Shown here piece by piece: positions 25,891-39,693 of a DNA stretch of 64,000 nucleotides. This DNA is from Octopus sinensis. Lineage: Eukaryota. The stretch spans positions 20,522,001-20,586,000 of the forward strand of contig NC_043008.1 of NCBI RefSeq assembly GCF_006345805.1, in the 5' to 3' direction. Under the pieces are notes generated by a model, which searched no databases, was not told where the DNA came from, and was given only the letters and a program-made list of their open reading frames with translations. Position 1 is the first letter of the stretch. Every line of letters starts with the position of its first letter. The position numbers and the translations under genes are program-made.

Positions 25891-27287
25891 GTGAGTGGGA
25901 CTTGTTAAAGCATCCTGAATTTCAGTTTTCTAGGACATACTCTCAGTGCTCGAAAATATATCACATTTTAAATGGTTCGAAAGAGCATACTCGATTTCTC
26001 GTTAGGGAGTTTTCCTGGCAACTGGACAAAAATAAAAAGCAAAACTTTTCTAGCTACGTGTAGACAAATAATATATGATCATTTTAGCACTGCGCCTATC
26101 AGTTAATTGTGTGTAAAACATATATTGAAATGTTCCGAATAATAGATTTTGGAGTCCTGTATAGTGTAGAGTGTACACCCCGCCCCCAAGGAAGCAAGAA
26201 TTAACTTATCATTAAAAGTATTTTGAGCGTTAATAAAATAACTGGAAAATGATAACTATTCAACATGATTGATTTATAACATTACTATAAAATAAGAATG
26301 CTCAATCTAAAAGCTATATATTTTATAGTTGTTAGCTGCAAAACACAGCGAAATTCGTTTCTTTAATTCGTTTACATAAAATACATTTCAGTTAGTTTTA
26401 CAACAGTTTTGTTGTTGTCTGATGTTAATAGTGAATTAAACGTCTTTATGTCTCAAATTTTCTGAACCAAAAGACAAAGCGGTTGCTTTTATGATATAAG
26501 ACAGGGTTTAACGTATAATTAGAAAGAATTACAGTAACACATGATTCTAGCCACTGGTACAATTTCTAACTTTTCAAATTATATACCTAGTTCGTTGAAA
26601 TGAGCAGACGTTAAAGTTATAAATGAACGCTACCAATGTTAATACGATAATAATTTCTACTGAGAAATGGCTATATAATAAGGAGACAGATTAAGTTTAT
26701 AAAAGGAATTTAAGTAAAAGGCTCTCAGCTGCTCACAATTACACCCTGCCAATTTATAACGTAGAATTATATATGCGTCTGTGCGTGTTTGCGCAGAAAA
26801 AAAAACATACACATATATGTATGTGTGTATGAGAGAGAGAGAGAGAGAGAGAGACAAACATAGGCAGAAAGATATAGACAAACAGAGTGAGTGAGTGTGT
26901 GTATGTGTATACACAAAGGTACATATGTATGTAAAAACATATATTTTAAACTCAATAATATCGTCTATAATATATATCCTCTAAGAGGAAACAAAGTATC
27001 TGAGAGTATCTTAAATGATTACCTAGTAGGTCTTTTGAATTGACATACATATTTACAAACGCATACAAACACACTCACACACTAACGCACACGTACATAC
27101 ATGAATATATACATATCTGCATACATGATGCATTAATATATACGTATATACATACAAAAATATATACCTATATATACACATATATATAGATATGTACGTA
27201 TGTATATATATACATACACATATATATGTATGTATGTAGATACGGATGTGTGTGTGCGTGTCTGTGTGTGAGTTTGTGTGTGTGTGT

Positions 27288-27323
<36 letters not shown>

Positions 27324-27548
27324 AATAACTTCACTGTCAGTAGCGCTAAACTTAAATTTTTGAATAAAAAGAGCAAAATAAATGAAATTTATCTTCTAAT
27401 TGCTGAAGAGTTTCACTTATTTTATATTCTACTTCAATAAGCGCTTTCACTTTAAAATTGGATTTGCAACAGCAAGCCAATTTCCTATCTGAGCTTCCTA
27501 CAATAAAACTTAAATAACTAATTATAATAATAATATCAACAACAACAC

Positions 27549-27606
<58 letters not shown>

Positions 27607-27608
<2 letters not shown>

Positions 27609-27732
27609 TAAGTGGAACTGCAAGCATACTTGAAAAATGACCAGTAAACTAGTATCATCGTACTTTGTTGGCTGTGAACAACTGACACGTTCCACTTTTC
27701 CCAGGAAAATAAGCTGAGAGTTTTCATCAAGC
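27607..27732 (+). mobile_element. Minimal R4/Dong-like 3' tip
   Basis: ISGTASILEK* resembles the GTAHILRK terminus. A short 3'UTR ends GC(AAT)n, and (AAT)n at 27550-27606 lies upstream. Confidence 0.5.
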
Positions 27733-27749
27733 AATAATAATAGATGTTA

Positions 27750-28330
27750 AGTATAACCCTATGTACCGTTATATATTCTTAATTCTACATGTCTACAAAT
27801 CTCAGACATCCATGTTTCCGTAGAACTAAGCACTATGTTTCAGCATAATGGCCAATACGTTTAGAGCTTTCCAACTATGCTGGCGTAGGTGTCAATGAGC
27901 CCCTATCAAACTCTTGATTTGCAGAATATCCCCATTTGTAAGAACACCCTATAAAATAGGAACTTTTTGCAGAATAAACCCACAGCTAAACTGTATAACT
28001 AGAAATGTAGTCTACAGTATAATGTACACAGAGGGACGATACAGCACGATACAGGACAGAGACGTACGTTGGAGAAAAGGCCCGTAGTATAGGTGACAAG
28101 ATAGATGTGTACTGACGGGAACTGAAGGAGAAAGCTTGTCAGTGCTATACCAAAATGCTCAATTAGAACATGGCGTCTTGGTTGATAATATAGCTGTTTG
28201 GATCTTATCTCTACGCAGAGAGATAACGGGTACCACACACGTAATAGGAAATATCCCGAGCCGCAAAAGAAAAGGTGAATGGAGTAATAATACCTACTCA
28301 CACCGCCACATTATGCAACCTGAGCGAAAT
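27750..28330. pseudogene. Two old RTE-clade RT fragments (27750-27960 minus; 28050-28330 plus)
   Basis: Frameshifted SWKALN / ETW..RIYNGT on the minus strand and KL..CYTKML..W on the plus strand; both resemble the RTE copy at 54669. Confidence 0.4.
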
Positions 28331-28613
28331 ATTAATAAGTGAAATATACGGGTACAATGAGTGTAATATACACCCACATAGGACACATATACACATGCTA
28401 GACACATAGACACAGATACACAAAGATACAGACATGAATGCATGCGCAGTTAGGGATGCATACCACAGAATGCAAAATAGAACAGACAGGGCAAGACCAT
28501 AGAGAAGAGGAGATACGAGGGACAGAAAGTCATTGAAGTGGACACAGAATGTTTGACGAAAAATCTCTAACAAATAAATTAACAACAATAACAATAATAT
28601 AAACGATAATAAT

Positions 28614-28946
28614 CAAAGGTGGTAGAGGCCTTATGCAACTAGAAAAATATTACAAAATAACCACCATAGGACTACAGAAATGCCTACTTAAGAAGCAAAG
28701 AAAACTAATACAAATAACCACAAAACGTGAACAAACAAAAAACTGTTTTCAGTCTTTAAGGAAGCTTGCAAATACAAAAATGAAGTCATAGTACCTAACA
28801 ACTATGAAGAAGAAGAAACAACAAAAGCTGTAAAACAACTGAAGTCTAAACTAAAGCAGGAACAGCAACGAATTATTATAAAACGATGACAAGAAAAGCC
28901 CCTTCATAGCAAATATTGGTTTAAACTAAACAGAAAAGCAATAGAT
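28614..28946 (+). mobile_element. Internal R4/Dong-like fragment (post-RT thumb/linker region)
   Basis: KGGRGLMQLEKYYKITTIGLQK.L / KLFSVFKEACKYK...R*QEKPLHSKY..L..KAID matches the recalled GGRGL..LE..YK...IGL and W.EKPLHGQY motifs. Preceded by AAT/AAC repeats. Confidence 0.75.
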
Positions 28947-29745
28947 ATATATGACATTCCAGTTTGATTTCCTTAAATATCTTAATTAATTCTCTCTTTT
29001 TCTTGTTAAATGAATATTAATGCCGTATTAAATTTGTTATGATTTTCTTTTATTTTTATTTTATTGACGTAAAAGTAGAATATATGTGCGTGTGTGTCTG
29101 AATGTATATATATATATATATATATATATACCGTATCATGAAAATTATTATACGTCTTGTGAATATCGATTAGATATTAAATATGGATGGAGATATAGTG
29201 AGGAATATTGACAGTAACTTCGCTGATGATGTGATGCGGATTTTCGGTGTCAGTGTGATAAGAAAAGATGGTTAAAGGTCAAGTGTTGCTATTTCAAAAT
29301 GAAATTTTAATGAGATGTCTATTGGAAGGTAATGAGATTATACACACGCCAATTTCACAATTACACCAAATTAAGGCATCTCATGAAAAGATTTGAGCAG
29401 ATTCAAATGTTGCAGACACTTCTGTCACTAATGGGGGATTTTTATTTTATTTTTGTTTTCTTTTTCTTTTGACTTTTTCCTTTCCTCTCTGTCTTTCTAA
29501 TTATCTTGTGTAGAACTTAATTCTAAAACGCATTTCAGCATTTTAACGGATTTTAGCTAGTGTGGGAATATAAACAATATACGTTCGATAATTTAGTCAC
29601 ATTTTTATGTTGCTGATGTTGTTGTTGTTTTGTATGTCGTCGACGTTATTGTTGTTGCTATTGTCGTTGTAGCTCACTAACATCCAATCAAAATATCATT
29701 GAATAAATGAGTCGAATAACTTAATCAGACTTACATGTAAATAAG

Positions 29746-30520
29746 GCAGCGAGATGGCAGAAACGTTAGCACGCCGGGCGAAATACTCAGCGGTATTTCG
29801 TCTGCTGCTACGTCCTGAGTTCAAATTCCGACGAGATCGACTTTGCCTTTCATCCTTTCGGGGTCGATTAAATAAGTACCAGTTACGCACTGGAGTCGAT
29901 ATAGTCAACGTTTGTCTGTCCTTGTTTATCCTCTCTGTGTTTAGCCCCTTGTGGGTAGTAAAGAAATAGATATTTCGTCTGCCGTTACGTTCTGAGTTCA
30001 AATTCCCCGAAGTCCACTTTGCCTTTCATCCTTTCGGGGTCGATAAATTAAGTACCAGTTACGGACTGAGGTCAATGTAATCGACTTAATCCGTTTGTCT
30101 GTTCTTGTTTCTCCTCTCTGTGTTTAGCTCCTTTAGATATTTCGTCCGTCTCTACGTTCTGAATTCAAATTCCTTCGAGGTCGACTTTGCCTTTCATCCT
30201 GTCGTGATCTATGAAGCGAGTACCAACTTAGCAATGGGGTCGATCGAATCGACTTATCCGTCCCAGGAAATTGCTGGCCCTGTGCCAAAATTTGAATTCA
30301 ATCTTAAGTGTAAATTTAAGGCAGCGAGCTGGTAGAATCGTTAGCACGCTGGTCGAAATTATTAGCGGCATCTCGTACGCCTTTACTTTCTAAATTCAAA
30401 TTCCGCCGGGGTTGAATTTGACTTTCATCTGTTAGGGTCAGTAAAATGAATACCAGTACAGGACTTGATGTAACTAACTTATCCCCTACCCAAATCTTGC
30501 TGGCCTTTTGTTTAAGATAT
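29746..30520 (+). mobile_element. Nin/Deu-like SINE multimer (3 units) plus an adjacent monomer
   Basis: Head at 29746, re-entry junctions at ~29968 and ~30135, and a new head at 30319. Confidence 0.88.
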
Positions 30521-30689
30521 GAAACCAGTAACAGGTGTGAAATTGTAAAAACTAATGGTAGCTGATGGAACAAACGATAAAATTATAAATAAAGCATCTT
30601 ACAGCTTATACTTCTTTTTCTGATCGATCTAAGTTCAATCCAAGTGGCAGTCACTTTAACTTCTATTGATTTCAAATTTTGGCATAAGG

Positions 30690-30865
30690 CCAGCAAGTCT
30701 GGTGGGCTGGAGGTAAGTCTATTACATCGATCCCAGCGTTTAACTGGTTCTTATTTTATCGACTGGGAAAAGATGAAAAGCCAAGTCGACATCGGTGGAA
30801 TTTGAACTCAGAACGTAAAGACGGACGAAATAACGCTAAGGAGTTTGCCCGCCGTGCTAACGCTT
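30690..30865 (-). mobile_element. Nin/Deu-like SINE
   Basis: AACTGGTTCTTATTTTATCGAC...GTGGAATTTGAACTCAGAACGTAAAGACGGACGAAAT. Confidence 0.82.
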
Positions 30866-31129
30866 TCACTTTTACTTATATTACTGCTGAGGTTCAAAAG
30901 ATTAGCTTCATCCTTAACAAAGTCGTGAGGCCTTGTAGAAAGCATAACATTATTGGAAGTCCCGAAGAAAACGTTTTTAGAACTTATTATAGGGTAGGGT
31001 AGCTGACTGCTTATTGTGATCATTCATCTTTTGGTTTCCTTTAGCTTTGCTCGCTGTTATAAACCCAGTGAACATACATATATTTCCTATTTCAAAGAAA
31101 TTGAAACAATACATATAAGACCCATGTTA

Positions 31130-31400
31130 AAAATATTCCCAACAATTCAACTTCTCTGGTTGACATTAAGACACCCACCTTAACTCCCACATTTCAAAGC
31201 TCCGTGACCTCCATTTTTCAGGAGCAAAATCCTTTTAACAGGTTCCATAAGACTGGAATTTGGGAATCTGCCTATAAAGATCAGTAGTATGGGATACATG
31301 TGTCATGATTAGAATTCTGTTAGGGTGTGTAAAGAGGGAAAGAACCCTCATCTGCAATTCGAATCATAGATATTCCAATTCATTAGAGAAAATATAACAG
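31130..31400 (-). pseudogene. Possible CR1/L2-like LINE 3' remnant
   Basis: HDTCIPYY*SL*ADSQIPVLWNLL resembles the H.Y...P..RT.....SF.PR...LWN.LP terminus. Weak. Confidence 0.3.
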
Positions 31401-31439
31401 AAATGTCTAATTCTTCAATTGCGTGTAACCGGGTATCTC

Positions 31440-32560
31440 TGCTATTATGTGTGTGTGTGTGTTTGTGTGTGGGTGTGTATCTATGTGCCTGTGTCTGTGT
31501 TTGTCCCCCCACCATCGATTAACAATCGATGTTGGTGTGTTTACGTCCTTGTAACTTAGCGGTTCGGTACAAAAGACCGATGGAATAAGTATTAGGCTTA
31601 CAAAGAATAAGTCCTGACGTCGAGTTGTTCAACTAAATGCGGTGCTCCAACATGGCTGCAGTCAAATGATTGAAACAAAGAACAGAATGTTATCCTCTTC
31701 CTCCAACCATTACAGCATATCAATATCTTTATCAGTAAATTCGAAAGAAATCTAAGTATTTCAACGGCGTCTCTACTGCAAAACAGAATATTCTTCCGTA
31801 TGATTAATAACAGGAAAGACTATAAAACAACTCTAATAATGCCTCGCGAGTGTATGAAGCGATTATAAGAATCTGTACGTGAACCTGTACACGTTATGGA
31901 TTCAGATTAGTGGAGAATAATTATAAGATGACAGTTTAACTCTCCCGAAGGTAAAATTTCGCATCATTCAACTACTGCTCTTATCTATATGCAGATTGCT
32001 ATGGTTTTGCAATAAATCTATTAGGTTTCTTATATTTTCTTGGGAAGAAATATATAATATACAAGAACTATATAACATAATGTAGTTGAGCAATGCCAAA
32101 ATGGAATTTTCGAACTGGTTTACATAATATCATCTACTTCTTTGAGTCATTGGACTGCAGCCATGGTGAGGCACCGACGTGAATGGTGTGGAATAAAATA
32201 AATCGACCCCAGTATTGATTATATGTTGAAGTTTGGTTGTTATTCTGTTGTCCCCTTTAACCGAACCTCTACGTTACAGGAGTATATACAAGCCTACGTT
32301 GGTTGGAAGAAATGGTAGCAAGGCAAACAGGAAGACACACTCACAAGCACATGCGTACCTGTATGCACCTGACAACCGGTGTTGGTGAGTTTACGTCCTC
32401 TTAACATAGCGGTTCGTCAAAAGAGATCGATAGAGTAATTACCACATTTCAAGATAGTAAGTACTGGGGTCGATTACTTCGAATAAAAATTTATGGCGGT
32501 GTCCCAGTATGGCTGCAGTCTAATAACCGTAACAACTGAAATAGTAAAAGAATAAAAGAA
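31440..32560. mobile_element. Three 3' halves of the CORE-like SINE (31440-31685 +; 32140-32340 -; 32365-32560 +)
   Basis: GTAACTTAGCGGTTCGG...GCGGTGCTCC..CATGGCTGCAGTC motifs in the indicated orientations. Confidence 0.75.
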
Positions 32561-32571
32561 TGTATATATAT

Positions 32572-32652
<81 letters not shown>

Positions 32653-32975
32653 TATTCAGGTGGTTCCTTCTAAGATTCTAAGACCCGTAAGCCGACTGTG
32701 TGGATACCGCATAGTGGCATAGTGGTACAAGGGAGACAATCCCTTGCGCTTGACCTTTCTTCTTTGCCTGGGTGTTTGAAAACAAGACATGAAGCCTTTT
32801 TGCCCCTACATTCTGAAGAGAGGTTATAGGCCACCGGCGATTATGGTTCTGCCGATACTTATGTAGAGTTAAGCGCTTTGGGACGCGAAACTAAATGATC
32901 CTATAAGGCGGTCCTAACATTTTCTCTCTCTGTCTCTCAGTCTCACTCTCTTACTCTCTCTCTTTCTTTATATAA

Positions 32976-33008
<33 letters not shown>

Positions 33009-34719
33009 TAAATATACAGAGAGAAAGAGAGAGAGAGATATAGAGAGACTGATGATTGAGTGTGCTCCCTGTTCAATTCAAGCATGTGGTGTAGATAAGC
33101 TAAGCGAAGTATCGGTATGCATCACTCCTGAATGTTTCTTCTCTCTATGACTTTCAGATGTTTTAATACGCACTGCTTTGGCAAATGGAAAAATATTTAA
33201 TTTATACACAGTGTGTTTCAACGTGGCACTGGCCAGCTTTGGATACAGGCACAGACTTCAGTATTCAAATAAGAATAGGATAAATAACGAACATAAAAAA
33301 TGGTTATAAAGAAAATGAGAAAACTTAGGGAAACGAGGATATAATGAACACAAATTTATGTAAATGTTAGTGTTCCTATTGCAGAATGGGAAAACAAAAC
33401 ATCAAGAATCAGAATTAGATATTCAGGTAAAAATAAATACAAAAACACAGATTGTAGGAAGGCAATTGGAAATAGGAAGAAAATAACGACTGTAATTCCA
33501 ATCAGAATAACTCTACTAAGGATGAGAAAGATTACACTAAACCTAACATTAAATCGAATAAAAGTAACATCATATTTTTTTATTAAATATTTAGATTACA
33601 TGTGGCATCTAAAATTGCTTCTGAATTTTTCTTTGTTTTAGACAGACACTTTCCTAAAATTTATAGGTATTATATTTAACTGGCAGATGGTGAAAATGCC
33701 ACTTGCGACATTATATAATCTTGAATACCATATTCACAAACTAAAAAAATAGAAAGCTAAATGAGGTAAGAATAAACTTTAAAAATATCGCCCAAAATAG
33801 CGAAGGCCCAGGATGTAGGAGAGGCGGTAATGCTGGAGTGTGAAACCATAACTCTGTATATACCGAGGGAATGAAAATATATATGTGTATATGGGTGCAG
33901 GTAAATAAATATTTTCCAGTGTGACGGGCATCTTTTAATGATTGATAAAACGATTGTGATTGGTGCCAAGACAACTGAAATTAAGTTTCACAAGTGGCCT
34001 GACAGACAAATTGGTGCCCCGCTCGTATAATAAGGCGACTACGAGTCTTCTTACGGAAACCATTTACAAATAATAGAGATGAGGAATACTTTTGGTCTAC
34101 ATGCTGATATATCAGAGTATGAATCTACCAGGATAAAAAATAGACATGCTTATTATAGAATAGATTTTTAAAAGAGAATTTTAGGTTTGGTTCATTCATA
34201 ATTAAACTTTTGATTTTTATTTTCATTAACTAATGTTGATATATTTGTTTTGTGATTTTTTCCACTGTTATAACTATATTTTTTCTGTAATATGTTTATT
34301 TGATTCTATAAGTTACTTAGTATAGAGTTGCTAAAAATGCAACGGGGTATAAAACGATGAAAAAGTGAACGTCATCTAGCTATGCTATCAAAACCACTAA
34401 CATGCCGATAACAGGCGATAACATGTCGGTGCACATAGGCTGCTGAATCGTATTTATTTATGATATTATTTGTTCTATTTATAGAATTTCTGTTTCGAAT
34501 AGTCGCAATGTAGAATCCATATGTTTATTTTGAATTCTTTCATTATCTATTGATATCATCAAAAGTTAAATGCAGAACTGTTTTTTTAAAGAATATTATA
34601 TTTCTTCTTAACGCTCTTTTTCTAATAGCTTCGTCTTTTTGACTTTAACCAATTTTGGATTGACTTCATAACGTTGTGCTAACATACGTTTTCGGATATA
34701 TTAATTTGACAGATATTTT

Positions 34720-35190
34720 CGTGTGTGTATGAGTCTCTATCTCTCAAATTCACCTATAAGGAATTGGCCGGCACATAACTTTAGCAGAAAGCACTTTTCG
34801 AATGTGCCGCATGGTGGGATTCAACACAAAACTATAAAATTTATAAAAACTAAATATATACAGACATATGTTTCATGCTCCAACATATTCGTTTCGAAGT
34901 TTTACAGAACGTCAGTAATCTCGTGTGACGTGTGCGAGTTGATGACATCGAACCCATTGATTAACTGGTTTTTATTTTATCGACCAGAAAGGCTGAAATG
35001 CTTAGGCAACCCCGGCGAAATTTGAACCCAGAACATAAAGACGGACTTAATACCGCTAAGTATTTTATCCAGCGAGTCAACGCCTCTACCAGCTCGCTGG
35101 TCCACTCAATAAATAATAAGAAAAATACACGATCAATGCGGTGCCCTAACATGACGGCAGTCTAATAACTGAAAAATGTAAATAATAAAA
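34720..35190. mobile_element. SINE cluster: CORE-like fragment (-), Nin-like copy 34920-35100 (-), CORE-like tail (+)
   Basis: Family motifs are visible, e.g. CCCCGGCGAAATTTGAACCCAGAACATAAAGACGGAC. Confidence 0.7.
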
Positions 35191-36558
35191 GTTATGTCCC
35201 CAATATATCTTGCTAGTCCTTTTGGCAACACTTTGTATTTTAGAATTAATGAAAGGGTTTTAGTTCCAAAATAAAAAAGAAGAGAGAATTATTTGCCTCA
35301 TTTAAGCTCATATTTGTTTTCCCACGAATGCAATTTATATTCATGAAGAAAACTGGCGATTCAATGCTTTGTGGATTTGGCATTCAAGGCAATGATATTT
35401 GCTGACCTTTCTCATAATAAAGAATCCAAAAATTATTCAAGATAATTCAATTTCGAATTAAAATATTCTTGAATCAAGTCGAAAGACAGCATTGCAGTTT
35501 TATCATCCTTAATATCGCGACCCATTGAAAATGTTCCATAATTTAGTAATATTCTCAAGTGCTTGATACTAACATTAATATTAGAATATTTGTTATTTTT
35601 AAAATTATTTTACTAATAATGTTGATGTTAGAAAATATTAACATAATTATACCATATACAGAGGGTTATTATTGAGTTATATTCGCTTAGTTTGGAATTA
35701 AAATACAGTTGGTATGAAATTTTCATTCAGTTATTGATAGACGTTAAAATATAATGTCGTGCATGACAATGTTTGACAGATCCATCCTTCACAAATATGA
35801 ATTGGTGTCTCTGTTATAAATTATTATTATATAAGTTATAGTGAAGGAAATATAATGGCTTTTTTAATTATCATTAACTAATTATTTACATTGTTTGTTC
35901 AAAATCTCACTGGAACTGGCTATAAATTCCAAGACTAGAATGCCAATGGCATTAGCATTAATTGAATAGTGGCATAACATTACGAAACTACAGCAACACA
36001 GACATAGATATGTGATAAGGATTTCCCATCACAAAAAAAGGTTTCAGGGCTTGACGTCAGGCATATGTAATTTAGCGTCATACTGACCAATGACTTGAGA
36101 ATAGAATTTATTTGATGGACGTAAAACACAAGTCCATCATACACATCAAACAAAAACGCACACATATATTAAGAATGTATGTATGTGTGTGTGTGTGCAA
36201 GCAAGTATGTATAGGTGTATACGTAAGTACGTTAACGTATATAGATTATAAGTACGTATGTATAGCAGTATACGTACGTTAGTACATATTTTAAACGAAC
36301 GTTAATGTGTACAGATAAATAGATAGATAAGGGCAATATTTCAAATTTCCCATCATGTCACTTGTGTGTACGTACGTAGGGATGTATGTATGCATTATGT
36401 ACACTAATGTGTCGACATACGAGTTAATTTGTTTCTGCTCGTAAAGGGAACACTCGTAAAACAGAGCAATAATATCCCATAGGAGTAATGTTATAAATCG
36501 TAATTTGTTTCTAGACGCACACACACACCACACACACACACATATATATATATACATG

Positions 36559-36604
<46 letters not shown>

Positions 36605-36789
36605 AAGTGTTGGTTTGTTGCTAACTTAATGTAGCAGTCCCACGAAAGGAAAGAATGCTACTGCTATTTAGCCCCAAGAAACACCGTTTCTAGTTGGCTA
36701 CGTGACACAAGCGTTCTTCGCCTTTAAGTTTTCAAACAGGGAAGATAAGCAATACAACCTAACAAAGCCAGCATTCAGAGACTAGTTTC
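36605..36789 (-). mobile_element. Fragment of the hammerhead-associated repeat seen at 21610-21690 and 21866-21890
   Basis: The minus strand begins GAAACTAGTCTCTGAATGCTGGCTTT (cf. 21866) and continues into CGGTGTTTC..GGGCTAAATA.CAGTAGCATTCTT (cf. 21614). The CTGATGA core is absent. Confidence 0.65.
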
Positions 36790-37877
36790 AAGGTAGTTAC
36801 AATTGTAAATTTAACCGGAATATATTCAGTGCGCAATTTTATTTTGAATAAATACGTGTACCGAGATGCAATTCGAAAAGCCCGCCTCTCGCATAGATAT
36901 ATAAGTGTGAACAATTCTATATACTATGCTGGATACATTTTGCTGTTCCTCTGGCATGTTGATTTTTTTGGTTCATTTTTATATGTCTTGATTATGCTTG
37001 CACTGACGATTAAAAAAGTGCATCATGCGCACTAATTATGAAATCATGATTTGCAGCTGAATCTGGTTTTAAAAGGCTCGCTTCGAGAGTTGCATTTCCT
37101 CGCATTCGGTTCAAAATGTGTTTATTATGGTAATTTTGACTTCAAGAGTCCAAGCTAGCGCGAGTCATTTATGTATAGTAATGCCCTTAAGGTATATATA
37201 TATATATATGAATACGCATTTGGCAGCCACAATTCTTGTCTTTTATGTTTATGTTATTATCATAATCATCCTCAATATAATCATCATTAAGGCGGCATAT
37301 TTGCAGAATTGTTTGCATTCCGGGAAAAATACTCAACGGCGTTTCGTCCCGCTTTGCGTTCTTATTTCAAATTCAGTCGAATTCCACTTTACCTTCCATT
37401 CTTTTGTGCTCGTTAAAATGAGAACCAGTTTTCGATTGTGGTCGCTGTAATTATTCATCATCATCATTATCATCATCATCATTATTATTTATTTTTTTTA
37501 TTATTATTATTATCATCTTTCAGTCAACTAGTAAATGTAATAAACAAAAATATATTGAAGCGGAAATTACCATTTGTCTTATCTTTTGTTTTGTTTTTTG
37601 GAAATGAAATTTTATTGAAAATTTTCCTTTAACATTTAATAAATATTGAGAAATATATCCAGAGGAACTTCCCTTTGTTGTTATATTTATTTTTTTTATT
37701 TTTTGTTTTTTATTATTATTCAAATATTAGTGCTTCGATCTGACTTCTTTTCATATTTCAGACAGTCATATGTCTTTGCCATATATCATATTCAATCGTC
37801 ATAAAAAAGTATAATCGACAGCTATCAATATAAAATAATAATAGACAGATATAAATACAAAATAATGATTTATATCA

Positions 37878-38755
37878 TACTAGCATTAAAGACCCGTCGT
37901 TGCCTGTCATAGTGCTAGTGCATGTATATATGTGTATATATATGTGTATATATATGTGTACATATTACATGTACAGCTATATATATATACATCTACACAT
38001 AAAATGCAAAATACAAAGTTATATCCTGCTATCGCTAGTGATAACAATGCTCAAAATATATAACAGACTGGAATTGTTAGCTCTTCTTTTTTCTCTACAT
38101 TGTATACTTTATAGACAAGTCTTTTCTTTAATTTAATTTTTTATTATCCATCTGGACTATTCCATTTCTGCACGCTAATTTTATTTTTAATTTAATTCCC
38201 ATGTGGTTTCATGTGAAACCACTTATTCAAGTTCAAATCAGTGATGCAATTTATACCAATTGCTATTTTTACTTATATTATACTTTAGTTTGATTTTAAT
38301 TTATTACTTACTACATATAATTCAATTGTTATTATTATTTTTATTGTTGAAGTGAAAGCATCTGACATACAATAGAGAAATATTTTTGTTTCACTTTTAA
38401 CATGTAATACTGAAATAGAAGAGAAGATATGATATTGTTATGGGCTCGCTCTAGGCAAGAAGTTGAACATTTGTTTTGCCCATGAAACCACATGGAGCCT
38501 TAGTAAGGCATGTGTAATATTTGAATGAAATTGATTGTGTAGTTCTCAAATTTTAGGGAATCGTAGTGGAGAAGATATGTTATTGCTGTGGGCTCGCCCA
38601 AGGTAAAAAGTTGAATATTTTTTTGCCGATGACACTCCCCGGACCCTAAGTAAAGTATATGTAAAATTTGAATGAAATTGGTTGTGTAGTTCTCTAGTTT
38701 TAGGAAAACACATAGACAGACAGACACACATTCTCAGTTTTATATATATAAAGAT
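37878..38755 (+). mobile_element. Non-autonomous Helitron-like element (Lep1/HINE type) with an internal ~155 bp duplication
   Basis: 5' TACTAGCATTAAAGACCCGTCGTTG and 3' AAATTTGAATGAAATTGGTTGTGTAGTTCTC..ACAGACAGACACACATTCTCAGTTTTATATATATA. The unit TGGGCTCGC..AAGTTGAA..GAATGAAATTG.TTGTGTAGTTCTC occurs at ~38440 and ~38589. Confidence 0.6.
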
Positions 38756-39420
38756 TGATCCCTCATATAAAAAGTGAATTAAATGCGACTTCAACTATAT
38801 GATTCGGCTGCAGGATCCGGCACACTGATTCCATTGAAGGCCATTTAGTTACAAACGAGGTCATTGTTTCGCTGCGCAACAATATATTTATGAATCAATT
38901 CCAACTGTATCCTTCTACATTATTGCTATCCGTCTAGGGGAAGCTGAGAAGTTTATTTTGACGCTTCGCTCGCACGATAATTCACAAGCTGGATAGCTGA
39001 ATTATTTCCTCATTAGGTTGTAGTACAAGGAATTATTACAAGGAATGAATCCTGGGGTCGATTTCTATGACTAAAGACATTGCTCCAGCATGTCCTTAGT
39101 CACATGACCGAAACAAGTGAAATAATTTTAAAAAATCATGCCATTTTAATCCTGAGCAACACCGGTTATCTCTGCTAGTGTATATATATATAAATTAATA
39201 ATAAATATTAGGGAATAAATCCAAACTTACAGGGAAAAATCAGATTTAGGATTAAATCCAATTTTATAGTAAAATATATTATATTATATTATATTAAATT
39301 AGAGATAAAACCACTATTAAGCAAATCAAACAATGAAAAACATAAGCCAATACATAAAATTAATTAATTCATATTATTTTAAATATATATCAAAAGTATT
39401 AAAAGTTTAATAAAAGATAA

Positions 39421-39456
<36 letters not shown>

Positions 39457-39488
39457 ATATATATATATATAAAACTTTTTTACCTAAC

Positions 39489-39531
39489 TATTCTTGATTA
39501 AGTCACACTATGACGAAAACCGGTTTCAATA
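39489..39531 (+). ncRNA. Degenerate or variant minimal hammerhead
   Basis: TATT-C-TTGATTAA-GTCAcactaTGAC-GAA-AACCGGTT-T-C-AATA. Stem II and the palindromic stem III are perfect; the core deviates from CUGANGA. Confidence 0.4.
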
Positions 39532-39693
39532 AATATATATTTATATATTTTATCAATTTCTCATTTCATTAAAATTTTCTTTCAATTTAGCATTCTGCAT
39601 TTTTACAATTTTTCCTTGCTTATCATTTCTCCACGTGCGGTCAACACAACCCCACCATTTATTGATCTATATATATATATATATTTTTCTTTT

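Noticed and set aside
28298-28320. 18-nt minus-strand micro-exon with a GTGAGT donor
   Set aside because: It lies within a probable RTE relic and has no independent support.
32805-32880. CTGAAGA...GATACTTATGTAG as a hammerhead
   Set aside because: No GAAA, no stem III and a discontinuous stem II.
33048-33090. CTGATGA-TTGAG...TCAAT-TCAAGCATGT as a hammerhead
   Set aside because: GAAA is absent and there is no stem I pairing.
33780-34140. GC-richer patch as an exon or Gypsy fragment
   Set aside because: All plus-strand frames before the CAG|GTAAAT donor contain stops, the minus-strand frame has a weak donor, and the motif matches were ambiguous.
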